A stretch of 64,000 bases of DNA. Source: Fibrobacteria bacterium (GTDB taxonomy: Bacteria > Fibrobacterota > Chitinivibrionia > Chitinivibrionales > FEN-1185). The first letter of the stretch is position 1. Each line of letters begins with the position of its first letter. The notes beneath the pieces were generated by a model. The model was not told the DNA's origin and ran no database searches. It saw nothing but the letters and a program-made list of their open reading frames with translations. Below, in pieces: positions 54,557 to 64,000 of the stretch. The stretch covers positions 32,001 to 96,000 of the forward strand of contig JBBIGR010000009.1 in the NCBI GenBank assembly GCA_037447435.1. Direction: 5' to 3'. The translations under genes were made by a program, and so were the position numbers.

Positions 54557-55224
54557 CAGCCGCCGGCAGCTTTCCGTATTGCGTCGATTCTCTCTTTGTA
54601 ATTTGGAGCCTTAAACACATAATTTCCGGCAACAAACACATTGGCGCCGCTTTGTGCGCACAGCGCCGCCGTTTCATTATTTATCCCGCCGTCGACTTCG
54701 ATGTCGAGGGCTAAACCGTAAGTCTTTTTTTCGTCAGCGATTGCCTTGATTTTAGGGAGCATTTCGCGTATGAACGATTGGCCGCCGAAGCCGGCATATA
54801 CGGTCATGATAAGCGCCTGGTCCATGTTCCGTAAAAAAGGGATAAGCAGGTCGGTACTTTTGTCCGGGTTTACCGATGCGCCGCATTTAACGCCCCGTTT
54901 ACGGATGTCGGAGAGTACCGCGGCCAAATCGGGGCATGTTTCGGCATGAACCATAAGAATGTCGGATCCTGCGTCGCAATAATTTGCGATATATTTTTGC
55001 GGGTTGGAAATCATTAAATGAACGTCCAAAGGAATGGAAACGCATTTTTTCACCGCTTCGATGATAAACGGCCCGAAGGTAAGGTTTGGAACGAAATGGC
55101 CGTCCATGACATCGCAATGGATCCGGTCGGCACCGCTTGCTTCAGCGTCTTTGACTGCTTTCTCGATATTGCGGAAATCTGCGGACAAAATCGACGGGGC
55201 AATTAAAACAGGCGAAGGGTTCAT
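54556..55224 (-). CDS. rpe: Ribulose-phosphate 3-epimerase
   Basis: IAPSILSADF, HCDVMDGHFVPNLTFG, DVHLM, GFGGQ.F and IEVDGGI motifs. Confidence 0.97.
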   Translation of the reverse strand: MNPSPVLIAPSILSADFRNIEKAVKDAEASGADRIHCDVMDGHFVPNLTFGPFIIEAVKKCVSIPLDVHLMISNPQKYIANYCDAGSDILMVHAETCPDLAAVLSDIRKRGVKCGASVNPDKSTDLLIPFLRNMDQALIMTVYAGFGGQSFIREMLPKIKAIADEKKTYGLALDIEVDGGINNETAALCAQSGANVFVAGNYVFKAPNYKERIDAIRKAAGG

Positions 55225-55250
55225 TGTAAACCATCCTTAACAAATCAAAG

Positions 55251-55874
55251 TTACTTTTTGGAAAAAGACAACGGTTCCGCCATTTGCTTCACGACGTTCC
55301 AGTTCGCAGCGACATAATCGTATACCGAAAGTATTGTTACGGTCACCGGAACCAGCATGACCCAAAATCCGGGATGACGTCCCCATAGCTTTTCGGGAAT
55401 CCACGGCACCTTGTACGATATGCCAAGGCATATGAATAAAACCACGAAGGCGCCGATCGCCTGCACCACCGCTTTGAGTTTGCCGGCCTGACGGGCCGCA
55501 AGAACGGTGCCGTTGTAAGCGCACATCATCCGTAAAATGGACAAAAACGCATCGCGGTATAAAAACACCAGGCACATCCATAGCGGAATAATATGTGCAG
55601 AACAAACCATAAACGAAAGGAAAATGGTTTGCCTGGAAAGACTGTCGGCCATGGGGTCGAGTAATTTCCCGAAATCGGAAACCATGTTTTGCGACCGTGC
55701 GATAAAGCCGTCCAATGCGTCGGATAATTCTATGAGGCAAACCAGCGCAATGGAAATCCAGAGCCAAAGAATCGGCGATTGCGCATGAAAACTTCGTATA
55801 AAAAAATAGGCGAAAATCGGCGCGATAATGATTCGTGAAATGGTAAGCGCATTGGCAAGATTGAATTTTCGCAT
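55251..55874 (-). CDS. pgsA: CDP-alcohol phosphatidyltransferase (PgsA-like)
   Basis: N.LTISR, D.LDG.IAR....SDFGKLLDP.AD and GKLK motifs. Confidence 0.8.
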   Translation of the reverse strand: MRKFNLANALTISRIIIAPIFAYFFIRSFHAQSPILWLWISIALVCLIELSDALDGFIARSQNMVSDFGKLLDPMADSLSRQTIFLSFMVCSAHIIPLWMCLVFLYRDAFLSILRMMCAYNGTVLAARQAGKLKAVVQAIGAFVVLFICLGISYKVPWIPEKLWGRHPGFWVMLVPVTVTILSVYDYVAANWNVVKQMAEPLSFSKK

Positions 55875-56791
55875 TACGTTCCTTGCTTTGTTTGGGGTTC
55901 TTGGATAACCGCGGCTATCGATGCTTTGCTGTTGCAACCGAACTGTTTCCAAATATGATTGCATTTTGCGGTGAAAAGGCAGACGATCGTCGCATTTGCA
56001 TAGTGCTTCCCGAATTCCGAAAGTACATAATAATTTGCCTGGCCTTTTGCGAGTATCAAATCGGCATCGGATAACGCCGTCGACAACTCTTCGCTCATTT
56101 CCTTGAACGATATCCCGAGCGTATCGGGTCCTGCCAAAATAAGGGTTGCAACGTCCTGCAATCCGGCTTCTTGCGCGTCGGACAGTACCGCGTCGCTGGT
56201 AATGGGGCCGCCCCGCATGGGTACGGTTATTGTTGCGCCGTTTATTTTCATGGCACGCAGTAACAGTTTGTCGAAAGGTAATTCCCCCACGTTGTCGGGG
56301 ATATACACGATACGTTTTGCCTGTAAAACCGCTTCGTAAATCTGCTTCGTCTCGTCAACGGTCAGGCCTGTGGCATAATATGAGGTTATGCTTTTTTCAA
56401 TAGCGCCTGCGTTCAGCTCGTAGCCGATGCCTGCGGTTCTGAAATCAAGACTGTTGGACGCGATCGCCCATCGCAACAGAAACGAAAATTTGTCCAATCC
56501 GGTTTTGAATGCAGACTCTTTTTCAACGTTTTCTGCAATGGCCATTCCTGCGCTCAGACAGGCTTTTCGCATTTCGGCAAACGGCATTGCGAGTGCAAGA
56601 TGCCGCTTTATTATCCTATGCAAATCGGTAATAAAATATGACGGCGGTACTTCGTCGGCAATATGCGTCGTCAGGTATAAAAGCACTTCCTGCATTATGG
56701 ATGTCGATTGTTTCTGGGAAACGCCCAGCATATCGACAGCGCCTACAACATCGTCAATAAGGCACGAAAGGCATTGTGTCACGAATTTCAT
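55874..56791 (-). CDS. DUF89/ARMT1-like damage-control phosphatase
   Basis: CLSC, N.LD, DNVGE..D, KGQANY and AKC motifs. Confidence 0.85.
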   Translation of the reverse strand: MKFVTQCLSCLIDDVVGAVDMLGVSQKQSTSIMQEVLLYLTTHIADEVPPSYFITDLHRIIKRHLALAMPFAEMRKACLSAGMAIAENVEKESAFKTGLDKFSFLLRWAIASNSLDFRTAGIGYELNAGAIEKSITSYYATGLTVDETKQIYEAVLQAKRIVYIPDNVGELPFDKLLLRAMKINGATITVPMRGGPITSDAVLSDAQEAGLQDVATLILAGPDTLGISFKEMSEELSTALSDADLILAKGQANYYVLSEFGKHYANATIVCLFTAKCNHIWKQFGCNSKASIAAVIQEPQTKQGT

Positions 56792-56961
56792 ATTTATAAA
56801 ATAACTAACCCCGCGCGTCGTTGCAGAATTTCTATATAGATACTAATCCATCCGCTTTGCAGACGGCTTGCCGTCGCTTTGATAATAAATCGGCCTTGCC
56901 TTTATTTCCCCATTCTTATATAATGGGAAAAGCAGGGAAATTGTTTTCCAAAGGAGTCATA

Positions 56962-59877
56962 ATGCGTTGGATTAAGCGAATTTTGAAAAGCTTGCTCATC
57001 GGCTCTGCCATGGGTATCGGCGTCGCCTTATTCACGAATCTCTTTTTCACCGATCTCATCAACCGCCTGGAAGATCAAACCTATTACATGCGGTATCGCT
57101 GGGAATTCGACGAGCAGGGCTCGAATAAAAACCATGCCAAAATCGAGGAAAACGACAACGGCATATGCATCATCGACATCGACGAGAGAAGTCAGCATAA
57201 GCTGGGCAAATATTGGAATTGGGACCGGTCGTTCCATGCGCAAATGATCAAATCGCTGGAAAAGCATAATCCGGCTGCGGTCGTATTCGACGTCATGTTT
57301 TTCGATCCCGAAGACAAGAACTATGTGACCCGCATCGACAAATTGCTTGATCAATGCAAAGAGCGGAATTCCGGTTTTGCGGTACCCGACAATATTTACA
57401 AACCGCTTACCGCAACGATCGATTACGACGAACAATTCGTACGCGCGACAAAAGAGGGCGGTAACGTCATCCATGCGCTCATGATGGCCGACAAATGGGA
57501 TTATCCGGAATACGCGCAATCGCAAATCGAACCGAAAATGACCATGGCGTGGCACGATTCCCTGCACCCCTCGTCGGCGATTTCGCTTCCGAATGAAAAA
57601 CGGAACGACTTGCGCGACAAAAAGCCGGTCATCGACGGCACGTTCCCGCAACTGGCGCGCGCGGCCCGCGATGTCGGTTTTGTCAATATTCCCAAGAACA
57701 AGGACGGTGTGATACGCGAAATACCGCTCATGTACGGATTCGGGAACAATTCGCCGGTATACCTTCCGATAAGCGTCCGGACAGTCGCGACGCTGTTCGG
57801 TACGCCCAATAAGGAAATCAACTTCGAGCCCGGCAAATATATCGATATCGGAAAACCTTTCAAGGCATTCAAGGATTCTCTCGGCATATTGACGTTTTCT
57901 TATCCCAACGTGACCGCGTTGCAGGTAAAGGCAATCATAGACAAAAGCCAAAACATCAAGGCTTGTCTTCCGGGGAAAACCGTCGATGTCAGCGCCCAGC
58001 TTAAAATCGGCAAAGACAGCGCGGGCAATGCGTTCGTGGATATGTATTGCGGTAATTTTCCCCTTTCCGTGGCCTCGGCGCTCATGCGCTGCGATGTGGC
58101 GAAAATTGCCGGGCTTGTCAAAGGTGATTCATTGGTACTTGGGCCTTCCGTTTTATTGAAACGGAATTCCGACGTCGATTGGGTGTTGACCGCTCCCGAA
58201 GGAGACGGTGAGTGGTATTTGTCTAAGCTCGATTTCGAAACCATACAAAGGATTTCACCGTCCGATTTCGACGCGATAAAACCCGGGACAACCAAACTCG
58301 TGTTTTTCGCTTTTTCCGTGAAAAACAAGGACGGCGTTCTTTCCTCGACCCTGCCGGTCATGAATCATTCGGTTCTTACCGATTTATGCACGACGTCATG
58401 GAACGCCATTTCTTCCATGCCTGCGGGTATGCGAATGGATTTCGGGAAAACGGTGCGCATTCCTCTGGGGAGAGATAACCGTCATATCGTGACGTATTTC
58501 GGTCCCAAAGCCAAGACTTTCAAATATTACAGCTATTACGATATCATGAAGGACCGGGTCCAGGGTGCGCTGGACGGTAAAATATTTTTGGTCGGCGCAA
58601 CGGTCCAGGGGTTATTCGATATCGTGTCAACGCCCATAGACAACAATTATCCGGGAGTCGAGGTCCACGCGTCGCTGATAAATTCTTTTATGACAAATAC
58701 GTTCGTGACGCGGTTGTCGCAATGGCAGGACTTTTTCATTCTGCTTGCGGTCGGCGTGGTAATCGGATTTTTGTCGTATTTCCTGAAACCGCTTTTCGGC
58801 TCCATTCTCAGTCTGGCTGCGGTGTTCGTCTATTTTGTCATTGCGATGACACTCTTCGGCGGCAACCATTTGTGGATCGAAATCGCCAGGCCGATCCTTG
58901 CCATCGTCATTACGTTTACCGCGGTCATGGCGTACCGGTATATTACCGAAGAGAAAGACCGGAAATTTTTGCAAAGTACCTTTAAGCAATATTTGTCGCC
59001 CGATCTCATCGATATGATGTACAATTCGAAACAGCAGCCGAAGCTCGGTGGCGACGAGGGCATTCGTACGGCCTATTTTACCGACATACAGGGCTTTTCG
59101 ACCTTTTCCGAAAAATTGGGTTCGCCCACGAGGCTGGTCGAACTTCTCAACGAATACCTCACGGAAATGACGAACGTCCTGCTTTCGCATTACGGAACGC
59201 TAGACAAATACGAAGGCGACGCGATCATCGCCTTTTTCGGCGCGCCCATGCCCATGGAAGACCATGCGAAACAAGCCTGTCTCACCGCGCTCGATATGCA
59301 AAACAAACTCGGCGGTCTGCGTAAGAAATGGATTTCCGAAGGAGATAAGTGGCCGCAAATCGTGCATGAAATGCGCATGCGCATCGGCATCAACAGCGGT
59401 CCAATCGTTACCGGCAATATGGGTTCGAAAACGCGCATGAACTATACCATGATGGGCGATACGGTCAACCTTGCGGCGCGTTTGGAAAGTGCGGCCAAGC
59501 AATACGGCGTATTCGCGATGATAAGCCATTTTACCTACGACATGGTCAAAGACGATTTTGAAGTCCGTCAGCTCGATAAGATTACGGTTGTGGGTAAATC
59601 GGAGCCTGTTGTAATTTATGAACTGATAGCGGAAAAAGGCAAAGCAACGCCCGATATCGCGAAAATGGTCGAATTGTACTCGAACGGTCTTGCCGCTTTT
59701 TACAAACAGGATTGGGACAAGGCCATAGAAATCCTTACGGAATCCGACAAATTGGAACCGTATCGTTTGGTTGCGAAAACGACGCCCAGCAAGGAACTGA
59801 TTAAAAATTGCGAGCGATATAAACAGGAACCGCCGGGCCCGAATTGGGACGGCGTCAATAAATTGACATCGAAATAA
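56962..59877 (+). CDS. CHASE2-domain class III adenylate cyclase
   Basis: IIDIDE.S...G..W.R, FDV.F, DG..R and PGVEVHA (CHASE2); 3 TM; FTDIQGFST, DKYEGDA, RIGIN and GDTVNLAARLES. Confidence 0.92.
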   Translation: MRWIKRILKSLLIGSAMGIGVALFTNLFFTDLINRLEDQTYYMRYRWEFDEQGSNKNHAKIEENDNGICIIDIDERSQHKLGKYWNWDRSFHAQMIKSLEKHNPAAVVFDVMFFDPEDKNYVTRIDKLLDQCKERNSGFAVPDNIYKPLTATIDYDEQFVRATKEGGNVIHALMMADKWDYPEYAQSQIEPKMTMAWHDSLHPSSAISLPNEKRNDLRDKKPVIDGTFPQLARAARDVGFVNIPKNKDGVIREIPLMYGFGNNSPVYLPISVRTVATLFGTPNKEINFEPGKYIDIGKPFKAFKDSLGILTFSYPNVTALQVKAIIDKSQNIKACLPGKTVDVSAQLKIGKDSAGNAFVDMYCGNFPLSVASALMRCDVAKIAGLVKGDSLVLGPSVLLKRNSDVDWVLTAPEGDGEWYLSKLDFETIQRISPSDFDAIKPGTTKLVFFAFSVKNKDGVLSSTLPVMNHSVLTDLCTTSWNAISSMPAGMRMDFGKTVRIPLGRDNRHIVTYFGPKAKTFKYYSYYDIMKDRVQGALDGKIFLVGATVQGLFDIVSTPIDNNYPGVEVHASLINSFMTNTFVTRLSQWQDFFILLAVGVVIGFLSYFLKPLFGSILSLAAVFVYFVIAMTLFGGNHLWIEIARPILAIVITFTAVMAYRYITEEKDRKFLQSTFKQYLSPDLIDMMYNSKQQPKLGGDEGIRTAYFTDIQGFSTFSEKLGSPTRLVELLNEYLTEMTNVLLSHYGTLDKYEGDAIIAFFGAPMPMEDHAKQACLTALDMQNKLGGLRKKWISEGDKWPQIVHEMRMRIGINSGPIVTGNMGSKTRMNYTMMGDTVNLAARLESAAKQYGVFAMISHFTYDMVKDDFEVRQLDKITVVGKSEPVVIYELIAEKGKATPDIAKMVELYSNGLAAFYKQDWDKAIEILTESDKLEPYRLVAKTTPSKELIKNCERYKQEPPGPNWDGVNKLTSK

Positions 59878-59897
59878 TCCTTTCAAAGGAGTTTGCC

Positions 59898-60104
59898 ATG
59901 TTGTGGAAAATTATTTTGTTACCGTTTTGGATTGTCAAGAAGGGATTGGGACTCATATTCATGCTGCTGAAGCTTGCGCTCGGCGTCGTCAGGCTCATTT
60001 TCGGCAGAAGAATAATCGCCCTGGGGATTTTGGTCGGCGGTTTCTTTTTAGGAAAGAAAATCCTGAAAGAAAAAATCGAATCCGAAAAGTCCGATCCTTC
60101 TTAA
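59898..60104 (+). CDS. Small hydrophobic/basic hypothetical protein
   Basis: AAGGAG RBS; 68 aa amphipathic/TM; fills the gap after the cyclase. Confidence 0.55.
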   Translation: MLWKIILLPFWIVKKGLGLIFMLLKLALGVVRLIFGRRIIALGILVGGFFLGKKILKEKIESEKSDPS

Positions 60105-60946
60105 GCAACATTCCCCTTAGGGGCTTGATGGCCGGCGTAACAGTACCAACAGCGATGCAAACATCGCTGTTGGTACGATCCGATGTCCCTGCTTTCGCCG
60201 CATCCGCATCCGATCCTCGTGGGCGCGGGCAAAAGCGTCCGATGAATGCCGAAACGGTCTGTTTCGCGTAAAATATCATCGTCGATGCAATGTGCCTGCA
60301 AAACGCCCGTGTCAATTGACGGGATTTCTGGATTGCAGCAATTGCAAAGCCTCATTCCCGCATCGGCGGCAGCTTTCGACAACGCCGCGACGATGGTCGC
60401 CTTTTCCGTATCGCTGAATTCCTCAAAGGCGATGCTTTGCTTTTTTAATTTGGCATACATTGTCATGAAAGAAAAGTAGCATCGCGAAATCCCGGCTTTG
60501 GCCATAATCGGAAGAATTTTGAAAAAACCCTGCGAGTTGGTCACCGAATCGCCTGCTTTGTTTTTGTATTTGCAAATAGGGTCATAGCGCCACAGAACCC
60601 GTTGCGGACCAACCATATCGCAGAGCGCTCGTACGGTATCTAAACGCGTTTGCAGGGGCGCGACATGCGGCTCAAGCTCGCCCCCGTCGTTGAGGGTGAA
60701 GTGAAACAGCGCGTTGTTGTTTTTGATCAGGGAGCCGAAATCGGGGTGCTTGATAAAACGAGAAAAATCCTTGGACCAGAAAACAAACCCCAACACGTCC
60801 GGTTGTCGAAGGGAAACCGTGTACGAGCGGCCGTATCCTCCGTCGTAGGTGATTTCCCCCTTGTTCCAGGCGTCGAAAAATTCCTCGTAAAAAAAACAGG
60901 GGATATCGGTGCGCCGGGAAACGGAGATATACCGGGGCACCGTCAA
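60101..60946 (-). CDS. DUF1848 family protein (SPL-like Fe-S)
   Basis: SRRTDIP, FWSK, WRYDP, CID and R..CGC..S.DIG.Y..C.H.C.YCYA motifs. Confidence 0.88.
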   Translation of the reverse strand: MTVPRYISVSRRTDIPCFFYEEFFDAWNKGEITYDGGYGRSYTVSLRQPDVLGFVFWSKDFSRFIKHPDFGSLIKNNNALFHFTLNDGGELEPHVAPLQTRLDTVRALCDMVGPQRVLWRYDPICKYKNKAGDSVTNSQGFFKILPIMAKAGISRCYFSFMTMYAKLKKQSIAFEEFSDTEKATIVAALSKAAADAGMRLCNCCNPEIPSIDTGVLQAHCIDDDILRETDRFGIHRTLLPAPTRIGCGCGESRDIGSYQQRCLHRCWYCYAGHQAPKGNVA

Positions 60947-61770
60947 TCGATTCCGAGCTTCGCGGTCAAGCGTGCCAGGCCCTTTTCATCGAGGCCGGTA
61001 TCTTTACCTTTAAGAAGCTTTCGCAATGCAGCCATTTCGCTTTGTGAAAAGCGGACGCCGTTTAAAATATGATCGTCGAATGCTTCAAACACTATAGGGC
61101 AAACGGTCCGGGCGATTTTGTTGATGGCTTCCGCATAAACCCTGATTTCCATTTGCGCATGCGGATCGAGCCTGAGGGCAAGGAACCGCAATAGATTATG
61201 AAGGTCTATTTGCCAAAACCATTCGGTATACAGCGACAACGGCAGGTCCACCCGCGCCAGTTCGCGTGCAATATTATGTGAAAGCAACTTTTCGTACGTC
61301 TCATAGGATTCTTGTTGATGCTTCGACAATAAGGCTATGACCTGCTTTTGAATTTTAGGGTCGACCTTGTCTTTGGCACGCCCCTGTTTGTTGTTTTCGC
61401 TTTGAAACGCGATGTCTTTTGCCGCCGGGAGGTAAAACTCCGATTTCATGACGCTGTAACGACCCGAAATTTCATTCACTCGTGCGGTGCGGTGTCGTAT
61501 CCACTGGCGCGCGACAAAAATCGGAAGCTTGACATGAAAGGTAAACACGACCTGTTCGAACGGCGAGGTGTGGTCGTTGCGAAGCAGATAATTGATGAGC
61601 CCTTTGTCTTCCCGGAATGTCTTGGTGCCTTTGCCGTACGAAACGCGGGCCGATTGTACGATGCGGTCGTCGTTGCCGAGATAATCAACGAGCCGTACGA
61701 ACCCTTTGTCAAGGACCTTGAACGGTTTGTCCAATATTTTTTCAGCTTCTGGGGAAATGCAATGTGCCAT
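60943..61770 (-). CDS. thyX: FAD-dependent thymidylate synthase
   Basis: ARVSY, HTSPFEQ, PIFVARQWIRHR, NEISGRY, ARELAR and HAQ.EIR motifs. Confidence 0.96.
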   Translation of the reverse strand: MAHCISPEAEKILDKPFKVLDKGFVRLVDYLGNDDRIVQSARVSYGKGTKTFREDKGLINYLLRNDHTSPFEQVVFTFHVKLPIFVARQWIRHRTARVNEISGRYSVMKSEFYLPAAKDIAFQSENNKQGRAKDKVDPKIQKQVIALLSKHQQESYETYEKLLSHNIARELARVDLPLSLYTEWFWQIDLHNLLRFLALRLDPHAQMEIRVYAEAINKIARTVCPIVFEAFDDHILNGVRFSQSEMAALRKLLKGKDTGLDEKGLARLTAKLGID

Positions 61771-61930
61771 TGGGTACCTTTGCAAAAAAAGGATATTACG
61801 GAAAATATCTCCGCGCCCCGCGTAGATACATTCACCGCAACAACTTCAAAGTTCAGAATACTAAAATATAAAAAGCCTACGATGTTGGGAAAACCGAAAT
61901 AAAAAAACAGCGTATCAAACGAGGAATAAG

Positions 61931-62416
61931 TTATGCGATGCTACGGTTGAAAAGTTGCGGTTTTTTCTCGGTGGCACGTTGCCAAAGTCCCGTCATTTTT
62001 CCCCATTGCGCAATCAAAGCCTGGCCAACGGGCGTGTTCCAGTCCGCTTCCAGGGCATCGTGGCACTCCTTGCCTTTGCCCTGGCGCTGATGGTGGCAAA
62101 AACGGCATTCGAGCGGCTGGTTTTTTGTTCCGAATAATTCGCATAAATCGTTTTTCAGAAAATTGCATCCGTTTTGCGCATGAATGCTTAACGCAAAATC
62201 GCCTTCGCATCCTGAAAAAGCAGGGGACAATACGCCGAACGAAAGATCGGGAGCCATTTCGAGCATCATTCGTTTTGCATAACCGGCATCGATCGCCAAA
62301 GCCGCTTCCTTCACCGTCCACCATCCGGGCCGAACGCAATAGTGGCGGCAAATTTTACAGGAACACGGTTTTGACGGCGGAAACGTTTCGTATAGCGATT
62401 TTGCGGTTTTACCCAT
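61931..62416 (-). CDS. Cys-rich hypothetical protein (YkgJ-like CxxCxxxC metal-binding)
   Basis: CSC..C..YC.RPG, C.FL....C.L and P.ECR.C motifs. Confidence 0.6.
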   Translation of the reverse strand: MGKTAKSLYETFPPSKPCSCKICRHYCVRPGWWTVKEAALAIDAGYAKRMMLEMAPDLSFGVLSPAFSGCEGDFALSIHAQNGCNFLKNDLCELFGTKNQPLECRFCHHQRQGKGKECHDALEADWNTPVGQALIAQWGKMTGLWQRATEKKPQLFNRSIA

Positions 62417-62811
62417 TTTTAATCAAATTTTCTAGCCAATGGTTTTAAGTATGCCCGAATCAAAACAAATTTTTACTAAAATAGTATACTGCCCGGATAC
62501 ACAAAATAAAATTGAAACCGTTTTTTTCCCGCATTCGCCGAAAAAAACTTTACATTAATGAGCACGCGTCACCGGATCGTAAATTTCGTCGCATGGCAAA
62601 TCCCGTTGGTTTGAAATAAAACAATGCGGCAAAAGAATGGCAAGTATTCGAGAAATACAAACAGTATACATGCAGACTACGATAAAATGTCGTCTTTGGA
62701 GTTTTTTAGGGATTTTGAGGCGAAAAGCGGTAAATTAATAATTAGGTGACATTGTTAGTGAATTTGAATTGAAAATTAGTATTTGTTCAAGTTAACCGTT
62801 TAAGGGGTTTT

Positions 62812-63978
62812 ATGAAAAAACTACAGATTCTTTTTCTTGCGTTTTTGGTGCTTTCGTCGTCTGCATTTGCCCAAAGAAAATTTGCAGGATGGTCGTACGG
62901 GTATCTTCCGAACTATGCGAATTTCTCGGTTTCACGGGTCAACTGGAAATGCTATACCATACTTGCGTGGTTTTCCGTAAACGGAAACAGTTCCGGAGCA
63001 GTTACCGGTATGAGCGACGCCGATGCCAAGAATTTTACGACTGCATGTCATACCAATAAAACAACGGCAATAATTTGTGTCGGCGGCGGCGGCGCCGGAG
63101 GCAACTTCCAGGCTGCTACCCAATCAAATGTCATGGGTACTTTCGTTCACAACCTCGTTGACTTTATGAAAAGGAATTCGTTTGACGGCATCGACATCGA
63201 TTGGGAAGACGGAATCAACGGGCAATTTGTTCCTTTCATGAAGGCGCTAAACGACACGCTTGTCAAAATCACGCCAAAGCCGATAGTGTCGATTGCCACG
63301 GCTCAATATCTGTCCGCATCGCATGCTCCTGCTGCAGCATATGTCGACCAATTCAACCTTATGTCTTATTACGATCTTCTTAACAGCAGCAGTGCTCCGA
63401 TTTCGGGTCAGGTAGCTTCACTTACGAGCAAAGGCGTGCCGAAAACCAAAATCGGCGTCGGGTACGGATACGATACCGATCAGGAAGTCGACGGACCCAA
63501 TGAATGCGGCAATGGCCCGGATGGAAATCCCGGCGATATCAACGGAAAGACTTTGTACGCCATCGACAACGGCTGCGGCGGGGTCATGATTTGGGAAATC
63601 GACCGGGCGCCGGCAAAATGCGACAGCGTCACGGCGTTCTACTGCAAAAAGCAGGCGCCTATATCCCCTGTTTTGTCCATGCCGATGACCGCAAGCCGCA
63701 AAGCGCAACGGACCATGCTTTCAATTCTGACAAATGGTACGACAGGCGCAAAAGAAATCCGTTTCTCGGTACCTTCTGCGGAAGCGGTGAATCTGGAACT
63801 TTTCAACCTGAACGGCGCCTTAGTACGGACCATCGCAAAAGGCATGCGTGAACCCGGGGTAAACTACAGCATTTCCCTTGGGAAAAACAATTCAAACGTA
63901 TCCGTCATTCCGGGCACCTATGTCTTGAAGTTTGCCACGCCGCTAAGTTCCGAAGCGGCAACGGTGGTTGTAAAATAA
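62812..63978 (+). CDS. Glycoside hydrolase family 18 with C-terminal T9SS-like domain
   Basis: Signal peptide; FDGIDIDWE catalytic motif; NLMSY; GGVMIWE; C-terminal LFNLNG..PGTYVL. Confidence 0.88.
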   Translation: MKKLQILFLAFLVLSSSAFAQRKFAGWSYGYLPNYANFSVSRVNWKCYTILAWFSVNGNSSGAVTGMSDADAKNFTTACHTNKTTAIICVGGGGAGGNFQAATQSNVMGTFVHNLVDFMKRNSFDGIDIDWEDGINGQFVPFMKALNDTLVKITPKPIVSIATAQYLSASHAPAAAYVDQFNLMSYYDLLNSSSAPISGQVASLTSKGVPKTKIGVGYGYDTDQEVDGPNECGNGPDGNPGDINGKTLYAIDNGCGGVMIWEIDRAPAKCDSVTAFYCKKQAPISPVLSMPMTASRKAQRTMLSILTNGTTGAKEIRFSVPSAEAVNLELFNLNGALVRTIAKGMREPGVNYSISLGKNNSNVSVIPGTYVLKFATPLSSEAATVVVK

Positions 63979-64000
63979 ACGAACGTTCAGGACGCAAGTA

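Noticed and set aside
1..64000. CRISPR array, rRNA, tRNA, transposase, integrase or prophage
   Set aside because: No regularly spaced direct repeats, cloverleaf signatures or such ORFs were seen; nearly all of the sequence is explained by CDS.

Overview
Gene-dense 64 kb bacterial chromosomal segment with about 55 CDS. It is most likely from a Fibrobacterota (Chitinivibrionia/Chitinispirillaceae-like) organism; this is inferred from a TIGR02171-type lipoprotein and many secreted enzymes carrying T9SS-like C-terminal domains. All family calls come from motif recognition only, with no database search. Left half (about 1-30 kb): mostly exported proteins, namely two DUF362 proteins, a polysaccharide deacetylase, a papain-family protease paired with a discoidin/fibre-domain protein, GH30, an outer-membrane barrel, a 1362-aa repeat lipoprotein, GH55 and GH16. 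It also holds a TIGR02171-like lipoprotein interrupted by one in-frame TAG at a conserved Trp. Middle: GT4, eukaryote-type hisA, a MORN lipoprotein, a FlaG-like ORF, and a Cus-type heavy-metal efflux island flanked by a His-rich zinc-ribbon ORF and a Cys-rich putative leader ORF. Right: ffh-rpsP-rimM-trmD-rplS, two tandem cNMP-binding proteins, TrmH, a cyclic-nucleotide cluster, rpe, pgsA, DUF89, DUF1848, thyX and GH18. The cluster comprises PAS-GGDEF, DUF2294, a degenerate HD-GYP behind a sigma54 promoter, a degenerate sigma54 activator, and a CHASE2 adenylate cyclase with a 4x repeat insert. No rRNA, tRNA, CRISPR array, transposase or phage genes were seen. The best leads are the fibre-domain/protease pair, the amber-interrupted lipoprotein, the degenerate bEBP/HD-GYP module, the Cus leader ORF, a consensus CRP box, a shared 25-bp motif upstream of GH16 and GH18, and two GTAG-type REP palindromes.
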